Positions 19,232 to 28,168 of a DNA stretch of 64,000 bases are shown piece by piece; position 1 is the first letter of the stretch; each line of letters opens with the position of its first letter. The DNA is from Candidatus Nitrosomirales archaeon (GTDB taxonomy: Archaea > Thermoproteota > Nitrososphaeria > Nitrososphaerales > UBA213): NCBI GenBank assembly GCA_049199595.1, contig JBMCYV010000001.1, forward strand, positions 46,778 through 110,777. The letters run 5' to 3'. A model generated the notes under the pieces. The model searched no databases and had not been told where the DNA came from. It worked only from the letters and a program-made list of their open reading frames with translations. Position numbers and translations under genes: made by a program.

Positions 19232-19473
19232 CCTCTCAAGGTTGTAAGTTCATACGGGGGAAAGTTTTGCAATCTTTAACAATATTCTTTGCAATTCTTC
19301 ATATCCCCGTAGAGTCTTCCTCAAGATCTCCTGGTATATCATAAAGGACTATAGGAATCCTTGATTTTCCACTTGATTTTTTTCCTGCGGTGTCACGCGA
19401 GGGTGCGTGCTGGCCATTTTGACCTCTACTTGCTATATCAATCACAGCTCCATGTCAAGACTGGGAGACATAT
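19232..19473 (-). repeat. Inverted repeat copy 2
   Basis: Reverse complement of 15156-15414. Confidence 0.9.
19250..19342 (-). CDS. Second copy of the 30-aa small ORF (MIYQEILRKTLRGYEELQRILLKIAKLSPV)
   Basis: Only a K/Q difference from 15303-15395. Confidence 0.35.
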   Translation of the reverse strand: MIYQEILRKTLRGYEELQRILLKIAKLSPV

Positions 19474-19905
19474 TGGTAGATCGCTCACGACGCATAGACT
19501 CCCTTCCCCTGGTCTTAGCTATTTTACGAGATGTCAATTCGTTATTATGACAACAAATTCAATTGTTTTAAAGAAGATTTGATTTATCATGTGGGTGAGT
19601 TTAATATTGGTTGCCACAATTAAGTGAAAGGGCAACCTTGCAGGCTGAAGGTCAGGCCGCTTGATAGATGGTTTGATGGGAGCTAGATGGATAGTTGGCT
19701 GGCTGTGTCAAACCTAACGTATCGGTTTCAACCGTGCAAGTATATTATCACTTGACAATTATTTAAGATTGATGAAGCTGATACATTAGTTCTAAACGCT
19801 TATTTACCTCTATTCAGGAATGCCTTGAATCTACAAGTTTCCCAAGTTTTCAGAAATTGCAACTATGACAAGCGATATATAGATTACAACCAGTCAAAAA
19901 ACAAG

Positions 19906-20724
19906 TTGAAAAGTGTTGGAATAATTGGCTGTGGAACAATTGGCTCTCAGCTTGCCCTCGCTGTTGATTCAAGAAAGATAGACGCAGAGCTGGTTGCATT
20001 ATTCGATGCTTATGAAGGTGCTGTGAATACGCTTGCAAACAAGTTGAAAACCAAACCCTTGCTGGCAAAGAATGCTGGAGAATTTGTTGCAAATGATATG
20101 GACATTGTAGTTGAGGCCGCCTCTCAGGATGCTGTAAGAAATTATGCTAGACTCGTACTGGAGACCAACCACGATCTGATGATTATGAGTGTAGGAGCGT
20201 TGCTTGACAGCAATATGTATGATGATCTGAAAGGTCTGGCGGAAAAGCATGACAGAAGAATCTATCTCCCAACAGGTGCAATAGCAGGCATAGATGCGAT
20301 CAGAACCGTGAAGCATCTGCTCGAAGAGGTTACGTTGACAACGACAAAGAGCCCAAAGGGACTTGAGGGCGCGCCTTTCTTCAAGACACACAAAACTGAT
20401 CTTAAGAAGATCAAGAAGTCAAGAGTGATCTATGAAGGCAAGGCAGAGGATGCCGTAAAATTCTTCCCTGCAAACGTTAACGTTGCAGCTGCATTAAGCC
20501 TTGCAGGTATTGGAGGCAAGAAGACGAAGGTTAGGATTGTTGCGGATCCAAAGACAAAGGTTAACACACATGAAGTAACTGCAAAGGGCAGCTTTGGTGA
20601 AATGCGCTTCCAGGTTAAGAACGTGCCAAGTCCAACAAACCCGAAAACCAGTTATCTTGCAGTGCTTTCCGCAATTGAATGCTTGCGCTCAATCTGTGAT
20701 GATAGAGTAAGCATAGGAACGTGA
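19906..20724 (+). CDS. nadX: L-aspartate dehydrogenase
   Basis: GCGTIG, VVEAAS, PANVNVAA and NPKTSYLA motifs. A TTG start at 19906 was chosen. Confidence 0.9.
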   Translation: MKSVGIIGCGTIGSQLALAVDSRKIDAELVALFDAYEGAVNTLANKLKTKPLLAKNAGEFVANDMDIVVEAASQDAVRNYARLVLETNHDLMIMSVGALLDSNMYDDLKGLAEKHDRRIYLPTGAIAGIDAIRTVKHLLEEVTLTTTKSPKGLEGAPFFKTHKTDLKKIKKSRVIYEGKAEDAVKFFPANVNVAAALSLAGIGGKKTKVRIVADPKTKVNTHEVTAKGSFGEMRFQVKNVPSPTNPKTSYLAVLSAIECLRSICDDRVSIGT

Positions 20725-20809
20725 TTACAGCATCATTTTTGAGCCCGTGCCTGTAGTGGCTTCCTACAATAATTATGAGTACGCTTGAACTTACTCCTAC
20801 AAACTGCGG

Positions 20810-21793
20810 TTACTCTTCAACAGAGACCATCATTCTCTTGGTCAGAGGTAAGCCTGGATCTTCAAGGCTCTTCCAAACAAAGACTTCGACGGTATAGTTT
20901 CCGCTGTCTTCAGGAGTCCAAGATATACCAGCGTCCAGATCGGCAGATGCATTCATTGTGCCCTTGATCCATGTAAGCATAACTGTAAAACCTTCGCTAT
21001 CCTTCACCTGCAGTATATACACGAATGGCTGTTCTTCATTCAAGTTATTTGTAACCATTGTTTGTACAATTACTGGCTGTCCAGTAACTATTTCCTCGAT
21101 TCCATCTCCAAAAGGAGCTGCAAGTTTCGGTTCACTTGTTATAGAATACGGAATCACTTTGATCCCTGGTTCTTCAACTTCAACCTCAACTTTAACTTCG
21201 ACCTTAGGTTCTTCCGTGCCTACCTTGGGCTCTTCCTTTCCGATACTGGTACTGGAATCGTCAGTTGTATTCTTAGATTCAGCACTTGATGTTGATAATA
21301 CTGCTTCAGCTATGATATCAACAGCGCCTTCGTTTAACGTATCACTATCTGATGGTGCCGAAGTTCCTACAACAACAACAACCCTACCAACGCTATCGAT
21401 GGGACAGGCTTTGGTATCATCTGCTGCAGGAAAGTCCTCAGCGCTAAACTGCTGAGTAAACCTTACGTAATCATACTTGTCCTTTGGCATCACGTTATTG
21501 CCTATCTTTATGTAACTCTCTGGACCGTTCTTTGTAAGATCTATGACGTACGCTGAAAGCTCATTCTTACCTTTTGAGTGAAATACCTTTAGAACATCGA
21601 TCCTGATATCTACTTTGGCTTCAGTTTCTCCATACTGCCAACACGTAACCTTTGCCGTTCCGGTGATATATCCATCGCCTACTAATTTGTAGGTCTTGTT
21701 CAGGTCATAAGTCGAAGATGCGGGTATTGCAGCAACACTTAACATCAGCACTACTGCGAATGATATCGCTGCAAAAGCAATTGCTCGGTTCAC
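20810..21793 (-). CDS. Secreted protein with the thaumarchaeal S-layer-like C-terminal domain
   Basis: Signal peptide, EEPKV linker and C-terminal QPFVYILQVKD..SWTPEDSGNYTVEVFVW. Confidence 0.75.
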   Translation of the reverse strand: MNRAIAFAAISFAVVLMLSVAAIPASSTYDLNKTYKLVGDGYITGTAKVTCWQYGETEAKVDIRIDVLKVFHSKGKNELSAYVIDLTKNGPESYIKIGNNVMPKDKYDYVRFTQQFSAEDFPAADDTKACPIDSVGRVVVVVGTSAPSDSDTLNEGAVDIIAEAVLSTSSAESKNTTDDSSTSIGKEEPKVGTEEPKVEVKVEVEVEEPGIKVIPYSITSEPKLAAPFGDGIEEIVTGQPVIVQTMVTNNLNEEQPFVYILQVKDSEGFTVMLTWIKGTMNASADLDAGISWTPEDSGNYTVEVFVWKSLEDPGLPLTKRMMVSVEE

Positions 21794-22298
21794 AATAAAT
21801 TGTGATACTTTAGACCTAATAAATTAATGCTTTAACCCTGAGAACAATCCTAGTCAAAATTTGTTAATTGTCTCAATTAGTACCGACAAATCATCTCAAA
21901 TACGGACTACAGATGCAGCTCATAGTTTGCAAGTGTTATTCTGGTAAGTTAATTGGTCATATAGCCACACAATTGAGTTGCGTTAGTGTACAGAGATCCA
22001 TGCAACTTCCAAAAAATGCTTTTGTTAGAAATAATTTCGCGCTTACACAACATCATATTATTTCTCATTACCGTTGCTATGTTGGTAGAGTTAGTTCCGA
22101 AACTGAGCTAGCACGGAAACAATAAACTGTAACACATGACACCGAATAGATATGCTTGTTCCTGAGAATTTATCAGTTCTGCCAATTCGAAAATTGATAT
22201 AAATAGATCTAGGCAATTATTGTACACTACTTCAAATAATCAGGTAACATAGTCCTACATTGTATCCCTTTAAATACAATTTTCTAATAATGTATTGT

Positions 22299-23288
22299 AT
22301 GACCGTAGTACTGAACGTAGATTCACTGAAGAATGAGATCCTGAAACTAAAGAAGGAGAGGAATGCAGTGATACTTGCACACAACTACCAGGTGCCCGAA
22401 GTGCAGGATGTAGCTGATTTTGTAGGCGATTCTCTGGGTTTATCACAGCAAGCAGCTAAAACGGATGCTAAAGTTATAGTGTTTTGCGGCGTGCACTTTA
22501 TGGCCGAAACGGCTTCTATAATCTGCCCTGAAAAGACGGTGCTCATACCAGATCTGGAAGCTGGATGTTCTCTATCAGACACGATAAATGCTGAGCAGTT
22601 AAGAAAATGGAAGGAAGAGAATCCTAATGCTGTTGTTGTTGGATATGTAAATACAACTGCTGATGTAAAGGCACAGTGCGATTACTGCTGCACATCAAGC
22701 AATGCAGTCAAAATTGTTAACAGCATTTCTGCAGATAAGACTGTTCTGTTCTTGCCTGATATGTTTCTGGGGGCATATGTTGCCGAAGTTACTAAACGCA
22801 AGAATATGCTGATCTGGCCAGGAGAATGTCATGTGCATGCTGGCATAAGACCAGAAATGGTGAATGATATGCTAAAGGCGAATAAAGGAGCTGAATTCCT
22901 TATCCATCCAGAATGCGGATGCACTACTTCGATGATGTATTACTTTGGCAATGGTAATGGAAATGGAAATAATCATGCAAACGGTAATGGAAACGGTCAT
23001 AACGTAAAGTTCTTCTCTACTGAAGGCATGATGAGACATGCCAAGAGTTCTAGTGCAGACAAGTTCGTGGTTGCAACAGAGACTGGAATCCTTTACAGGA
23101 TGCGTAAGGAGAACCCGAGCAAGCAGTTCATACCTATCAGCGAGAATGCTGTATGCAAGTACATGAAGACTATAACATTGGAGAAAGTTTACAGATCGCT
23201 TACAGACATGGTTTATGAGATCAAAGTACCTAGTGAGATAGCTGCCAAGGCTAAACTCGCAATAGAACGAATGCTTGCAATTAATTAA
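22299..23288 (+). CDS. nadA: Quinolinate synthase
   Basis: LAHNYQ, GDSLGLS, CGVHFMAET and HPEC motifs. Confidence 0.95.
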   Translation: MTVVLNVDSLKNEILKLKKERNAVILAHNYQVPEVQDVADFVGDSLGLSQQAAKTDAKVIVFCGVHFMAETASIICPEKTVLIPDLEAGCSLSDTINAEQLRKWKEENPNAVVVGYVNTTADVKAQCDYCCTSSNAVKIVNSISADKTVLFLPDMFLGAYVAEVTKRKNMLIWPGECHVHAGIRPEMVNDMLKANKGAEFLIHPECGCTTSMMYYFGNGNGNGNNHANGNGNGHNVKFFSTEGMMRHAKSSSADKFVVATETGILYRMRKENPSKQFIPISENAVCKYMKTITLEKVYRSLTDMVYEIKVPSEIAAKAKLAIERMLAIN

Positions 23289-23289
23289 T

Positions 23290-24126
23290 TCATTTAACTA
23301 TCTCAAGGCTCATATCTACTGCCCTTACAGAATGTGTTATACTACCTATTGATATTAAATCAATGTTCGCAGTAGCATATTGCTTTACGTTCTTGTGAGT
23401 TATCCCGCCAGATACTTCTATAGTTACCTTGTCACGCAGATCTTTCTTCTTCAAAGTTTTGACTATGGAATGAACCTGCTTTGGTGTTAGGTTATCGAGC
23501 ATTATTATGTCTGCACCTGCATTCACGGCTTCAATAGCATCGTTCAAAGAACGCACCTCAATTTCGATCTTATTTCTGGAGCCATGTCTCTCCTTTGCAA
23601 GTTCGACCGCTTTAGAAGTGGAACCAACTATTGCCAGATGGTTATCCTTGATGAGAACCATATCATCAAGTCGCATTCGATGTGTTTCACCACCGCCGAC
23701 TTTCACTGCACGTTTATCAAAGATTCTAAATCCAGGCGATGTTTTTCTTGTGCATGCAACATTCACTCTAGGATTTATCTTTCTTACTTCATCAACAAAC
23801 TTTTTCGTTTCGGTAGCGATCCCGCTCATCCGCATCAACACGTTCAGAACCGTTCTTTCTGCTGAAAGTATAGACCTGGCATTTCCAGAAATGTTAATTA
23901 TAGTCGAGTTTGGCTTTACAAAAGATCCTTCTGTTACTAGAGTTCTTACTTCGCACCCCACAATCTCAAACAAGATACCTGCTTCATGCAGACCAGCAAT
24001 GACAGCTTTCTCCTTGCAGATTATCTTTGCCTTGGCAGGATCATTAGGTATTATATCGCTGGTTATGTCGCCTTTGCCAATATCCTCTTCAAGAAATTTC
24101 GCAAGTGCTTCCCTGAGCACATGCAT
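23290..24126 (-). CDS. nadC: Quinolinate phosphoribosyltransferase
   Basis: TRKTSPG, HRMRLDDMVLIKDNH, EIEV and MLDN motifs. Confidence 0.95.
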   Translation of the reverse strand: MHVLREALAKFLEEDIGKGDITSDIIPNDPAKAKIICKEKAVIAGLHEAGILFEIVGCEVRTLVTEGSFVKPNSTIINISGNARSILSAERTVLNVLMRMSGIATETKKFVDEVRKINPRVNVACTRKTSPGFRIFDKRAVKVGGGETHRMRLDDMVLIKDNHLAIVGSTSKAVELAKERHGSRNKIEIEVRSLNDAIEAVNAGADIIMLDNLTPKQVHSIVKTLKKKDLRDKVTIEVSGGITHKNVKQYATANIDLISIGSITHSVRAVDMSLEIVK

Positions 24127-24127
24127 C

Positions 24128-24316
24128 TTACGTTACCTTTAACGCGTACTTTCCCTTCTGCTTTATGCCCAGCACCTCTGCGACTTGCGAAGTTTCAGGG
24201 TGAGCTATCAGCAGTATTCCAGACCAGTCAGGTGTTAGATCAGATGATTTGCATATAGGACACACCTTGCCAGTTGTTATTGCCCTGCACTTTCTGCAGG
24301 CAAGTTCTCTGACCAA
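24128..24316 (-). CDS. spt4: Transcription elongation factor Spt4 (RpoE'')
   Basis: CRKC..CPIC zinc ribbon and DWSG, downstream of rpoE'. Confidence 0.9.
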   Translation of the reverse strand: MVRELACRKCRAITTGKVCPICKSSDLTPDWSGILLIAHPETSQVAEVLGIKQKGKYALKVT

Positions 24317-24934
24317 CTACTTCGCCTTTGCCTCTTTCTCTACTTTTGCTTCCTTCTCTATCTTCTGGTCTTTTGGCTGCTGTCCCTGTGCCTTCTTGAT
24401 ATCTTCCACTATCCATTCTTCTGCGCCCAGAAAAGGCTGACGGCACGTAATACCGATCTTGCCCATCGCTGCACCTTTACCTAAACTAACAGCAGTAACT
24501 CTTGCCCTCAATTTTGAACCGATCCTCAAAGTTCTTGATGACTGGTTAGCAACTATCATTCCAGACTTTACGTCGCTCTTTAGGTAATCGTCTAGTATTT
24601 GTGATAAATGCAACAATGCATCAGTTGGACCGATTCTAACAAACGCTCCAAAATCAGTAATTTCAACGACCTCGCCTTCAACAATTTCTTGCAACTGCGG
24701 GTAGAATGTCAGTGCCTTGAAATTTACTCTATGATAAGTAGCACCATCGCCAGCAACCAGTTTTCCAGTTGCATTGACATCGGCATCAATAATCATTATA
24801 ACATAACCCAGATCTGTGCTAATCATGCTCTCATATTTTTCCTTGAGAATACTTATCGCAGCTTCCTTCAAAGACGTACCCAATTTGTTAGGGGGAATCC
24901 TAACAACATCAGACATTTCGACAATAGCAAACAT
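24317..24934 (-). CDS. rpo7: RNA polymerase subunit Rpo7 (RpoE')
   Basis: VRIPP, GDGATY and S1 domain FGAFVRIGP.DALLHLSQ. Confidence 0.95.
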   Translation of the reverse strand: MFAIVEMSDVVRIPPNKLGTSLKEAAISILKEKYESMISTDLGYVIMIIDADVNATGKLVAGDGATYHRVNFKALTFYPQLQEIVEGEVVEITDFGAFVRIGPTDALLHLSQILDDYLKSDVKSGMIVANQSSRTLRIGSKLRARVTAVSLGKGAAMGKIGITCRQPFLGAEEWIVEDIKKAQGQQPKDQKIEKEAKVEKEAKAK

Positions 24935-25049
24935 GTATGCGTGTCGAAACAGAACATCAATTTATGAATCTTTTGATTGAGGTGAGTGGAAAATTCATTA
25001 GTTCCGCCTAAGAATATGAATATTTAAATAATGTTAACGACAAAATTAG

Positions 25050-26129
25050 ATGACGATGGTTACCGTTGATGAAGTTTTAACCACTCTCAAAAGTGTAATC
25101 GACCCAGAACTTCACAAAGACATTGTGTCGATGGGTATGATCAAGGATCTTGCTATCAATGATGATAAGGTTAGTTTTACTCTTGAACTGACCACGCCCG
25201 CTTGTCCGTACAATAGCGAGATAGAGCAGGAGGTTAGAAGCAAGGTCTCAAGCATCAAAGGCGTCAATGATCTTGACTTGAAGGTAACTGCAAGAGTGAT
25301 GGAAGGCAGAACAATGGGTATGGAGGAAATACTACCCAAGGTCAAGAACGTAATTGCTGTTGCCAGTGGTAAGGGAGGAGTTGGCAAGAGCACTGTTGCT
25401 ATTAATTTAGCACTTGCCTTGACTAGAAGTGGAGCAAAGGTTGGGCTGCTGGACGCTGATATTTACGGACCAAGCGTTCCTTTGATGTTGGGCCTGCAGC
25501 CGGGACTCGAAGCCAATGAGAACATGATGCTTCCTCAGGAAATACATGGGTTGAAGGTTATCTCGATGGGTCTTGTTCCCCAGCAGGGAGAACAGAATGT
25601 TAGTATTTGGAGAGGGCCAATTATTTCTGGAATAATCAAGCAATTTCTTACCACTGTTGCATGGGGGGAGCTGGATTATCTTGTTGTAGACCTGCCTCCG
25701 GGTACGGGAGATGTGCCTTTGACACTTGCACAAACGATTCCAATTACTGGTGTTGTTGTGGTTACCACGCCGCAAGATGCTGCAATGAATATTGCACTTA
25801 AAGCTGCTTTGATGTTTAAGAAGCTAGGAATTCCGATAATAGGCGTTATAGAAAACATGTCGAGTTTTATTTGCCCTCATTGTAATAAGGAAACTCATGT
25901 GTTTGGAAAGGGTGGAGAAGAGAAAGTTAGTGAAAAGTTTGGCGCTCCGTTTCTGGGTCAGATACCGTTGCACACTGGTATAATGGCAGGAAGTGATTTT
26001 GGCAAACCTGTTGTGGTTACCGAACCAAATTCACCACATGCCGCTGCCTTCAAGAAAGTTGCAATGGCTGTAGCTGGCAAGATCAGTATTATCGCTGCAG
26101 AGATGCAAGCTAATGCAGTTCAGCAATGA
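25050..26129 (+). CDS. mrp: Mrp/NBP35 (ApbC) Fe-S carrier ATPase with an N-terminal DUF59 domain
   Basis: SGKGGVGKS, DADIYGPS, DLPPGTGD and CPHC motifs. Confidence 0.95.
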   Translation: MTMVTVDEVLTTLKSVIDPELHKDIVSMGMIKDLAINDDKVSFTLELTTPACPYNSEIEQEVRSKVSSIKGVNDLDLKVTARVMEGRTMGMEEILPKVKNVIAVASGKGGVGKSTVAINLALALTRSGAKVGLLDADIYGPSVPLMLGLQPGLEANENMMLPQEIHGLKVISMGLVPQQGEQNVSIWRGPIISGIIKQFLTTVAWGELDYLVVDLPPGTGDVPLTLAQTIPITGVVVVTTPQDAAMNIALKAALMFKKLGIPIIGVIENMSSFICPHCNKETHVFGKGGEEKVSEKFGAPFLGQIPLHTGIMAGSDFGKPVVVTEPNSPHAAAFKKVAMAVAGKISIIAAEMQANAVQQ

Positions 26130-26613
26130 AGAACTGCAGTTGTTCAAGAAACCTGCAGGCGTTCTCATCAGTAATGATAAGATTAGTTCTGCTTCGCTAT
26201 CGCCCTATCTTAAAACCCAGTTGATCGTAGGTGTCGGTGATGCCACGACAGAAAAGTTGCTGTCATTAGGCATTGTGCCTTCTATACAAATAGTCGATGG
26301 TAAGGAACGAAGAGAAAGACGCAAACTGCCAGAGAAAGCTCATGCTGTAGAGATAAAATGTATCAACCCAGCAGGTGGTATTTCTAGTGATGCAATAAGT
26401 GCGGTCAAAAAGGCATTAATTTCTGAAAAACCTGTAAGAATTGCTGTTGAGGGTGAAGAGGATCTCATGGGGGCTGTCGTTCTTGCCCTTGCTCCAGATG
26501 GTTCGGTGATGTTCTATGGCCAGCCATTAGAAGGACTCGTAGCCGTAAGAATAAACGAGGAATCCAGAAACAAGTTCGGCGAAGTAATTAATAGGATAAG
26601 ATCATCAAGTTAA
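26113..26613 (+). CDS. GTP-dependent dephospho-CoA kinase (DUF359)
   Basis: VGDATT, VDG..RR, NPAG, GEEDL and YGQP motifs. Confidence 0.85.
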   Translation: MQFSNEELQLFKKPAGVLISNDKISSASLSPYLKTQLIVGVGDATTEKLLSLGIVPSIQIVDGKERRERRKLPEKAHAVEIKCINPAGGISSDAISAVKKALISEKPVRIAVEGEEDLMGAVVLALAPDGSVMFYGQPLEGLVAVRINEESRNKFGEVINRIRSSS

Positions 26614-26724
26614 TCGGGGAATGATGACGTGGTGGCTGATTGATTGATGAAATGTTATACAATAGTCTGACCCCATTGAACTCTTGATTGTAAAAAATAT
26701 AGTATGTGTTTGCTAATTGCTTTA

Positions 26725-27006
26725 TTAAATATAGATTCCCAAGTCGTTGTATAATCTAGATTTTGTCTTATCAGCTTCTTCCTTGCTTAGAGTGTTTAGT
26801 TTTTCCTTTATTTGCAATATCAAGACATCCTTCTCGCGCTTTGCAACATTTCTTTGCCGTTGAACCCCTCTTACACTGTACGGTAATTCATATCTCAGTT
26901 TCGATGTGATCTCACTGAGTTTACTGACAAGCTCATCTAGATTGGAAGGAGGCAATTCTGTTACAACATTATTGGAATTTTCGACCATGATTGCGGTTCG
27001 ATACAT
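26725..27006 (-). CDS. Hypothetical protein
   Basis: Helical 93-aa ORF. Confidence 0.5.
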   Translation of the reverse strand: MYRTAIMVENSNNVVTELPPSNLDELVSKLSEITSKLRYELPYSVRGVQRQRNVAKREKDVLILQIKEKLNTLSKEEADKTKSRLYNDLGIYI

Positions 27007-27063
27007 GTTGCGGCTTATAAGTCGCTATGGAAAAAATGAAAACATTTTCAGTAAGTCATAAAA

Positions 27064-27102
27064 CGTAACATCCATGCGTAAATTCCATGCGTGAAATCCA
27101 TG
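27064..27102 (+). repeat. Three imperfect 13-bp tandem repeats
   Basis: CGTAACATCCATG / CGTAAATTCCATG / CGTGAAATCCATG. Confidence 0.6.
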
Positions 27103-27385
27103 TGGATGTTCCACGTAATATTATCAAATCTGTTAGTTTGGTTCGCGGACCAATCCTAGATAAATGAAAATTACCTTGGCTAATGATGAATCTTTGTAGC
27201 TTGGATCTTTTTCCAGTTCTCTGTATACTAATTATCTCGGTCATTCTCATAGAATCTCATTAGACGATCGTCTATATCCATGAGAACATAATATACATGA
27301 TGCGACACCTGTTATCAGGAGCTGTTACTTACATTTAGTTAAATTGCAAACAGTGTTCCGTATACGTGTTCGAGGTGCTGGTGTA

Positions 27386-28078
27386 ATGCTTGAAATACGT
27401 CTCATAGCATGTGCAGTGATGCTTGTTCTAGCATCAGTAATGGATCTCAAGAAGAGAGAGATCAGTGACAAGATATGGGTAGCATTTGGAGGTTTAGGGC
27501 TGCTAGTAACAGCCATAGAGTTTAGCAGCAATTCAATAAACATGTTCCAGTACGGCTTTGGAATAATGATAACAGCTCCAATAGCTTATGGCGTCTACCG
27601 TTCCGGTCTTTTTGGAGGCGCAGATGCAAAGGCGTTGGTCGCGATTGCCGTATTGGTTCCATTTTACGACATGCCCTTCAAGATTCATGGTTTTACAGCA
27701 TTCACCGTATTAACGAATGCAACTATGCTCACCCTCGCGCATGTTGCTCATAATGTCATAAGAAACTCAATGGATCTGGCAAAGGGAAAGACTGTCTTTG
27801 AAGGCTTTGAAGAATCTGGTTTGAGGAAGGCACTTGCGTTCATAATGGGTTTCAGAGCAGCTGCTCCAAACGGATATCTGTTTGCGATGGAGAGTGTTAG
27901 CGACGGCAAGCGAAGGTTCAACTTCCATCCTGGAACTTATGATGATTATGCAAACGCAAATGACAAAAACCTGTGGGTCACACCAGCTCTGCCGTTTATA
28001 GTTTACATGGCATTTGGATTTTTGTTTATGTTGGTGTTTGGAGATCTTCTAGCATTAATTTTCACAAACATTTTCTAA
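27386..28078 (+). CDS. Prepilin/preflagellin peptidase (A24, FlaK/PibD-like)
   Basis: DLKKREISD, GGADAK and WVTPALPF motifs. Confidence 0.9.
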   Translation: MLEIRLIACAVMLVLASVMDLKKREISDKIWVAFGGLGLLVTAIEFSSNSINMFQYGFGIMITAPIAYGVYRSGLFGGADAKALVAIAVLVPFYDMPFKIHGFTAFTVLTNATMLTLAHVAHNVIRNSMDLAKGKTVFEGFEESGLRKALAFIMGFRAAAPNGYLFAMESVSDGKRRFNFHPGTYDDYANANDKNLWVTPALPFIVYMAFGFLFMLVFGDLLALIFTNIF

Positions 28079-28168
28079 TTTTTCTTACCTCAAGTCTTTG
28101 CACATTTTGAGTTTTGACTAAAAACACGACAGCGTTTATATATATCACAGATAGTGAATCACTCAAAA

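Noticed and set aside
19480-19900. Possible tRNA or other ncRNA in long intergenic spacers (also 14750-15150 and 21800-22290)
   Set aside because: No cloverleaf, T-loop or recognisable structured-RNA motif was found by eye.
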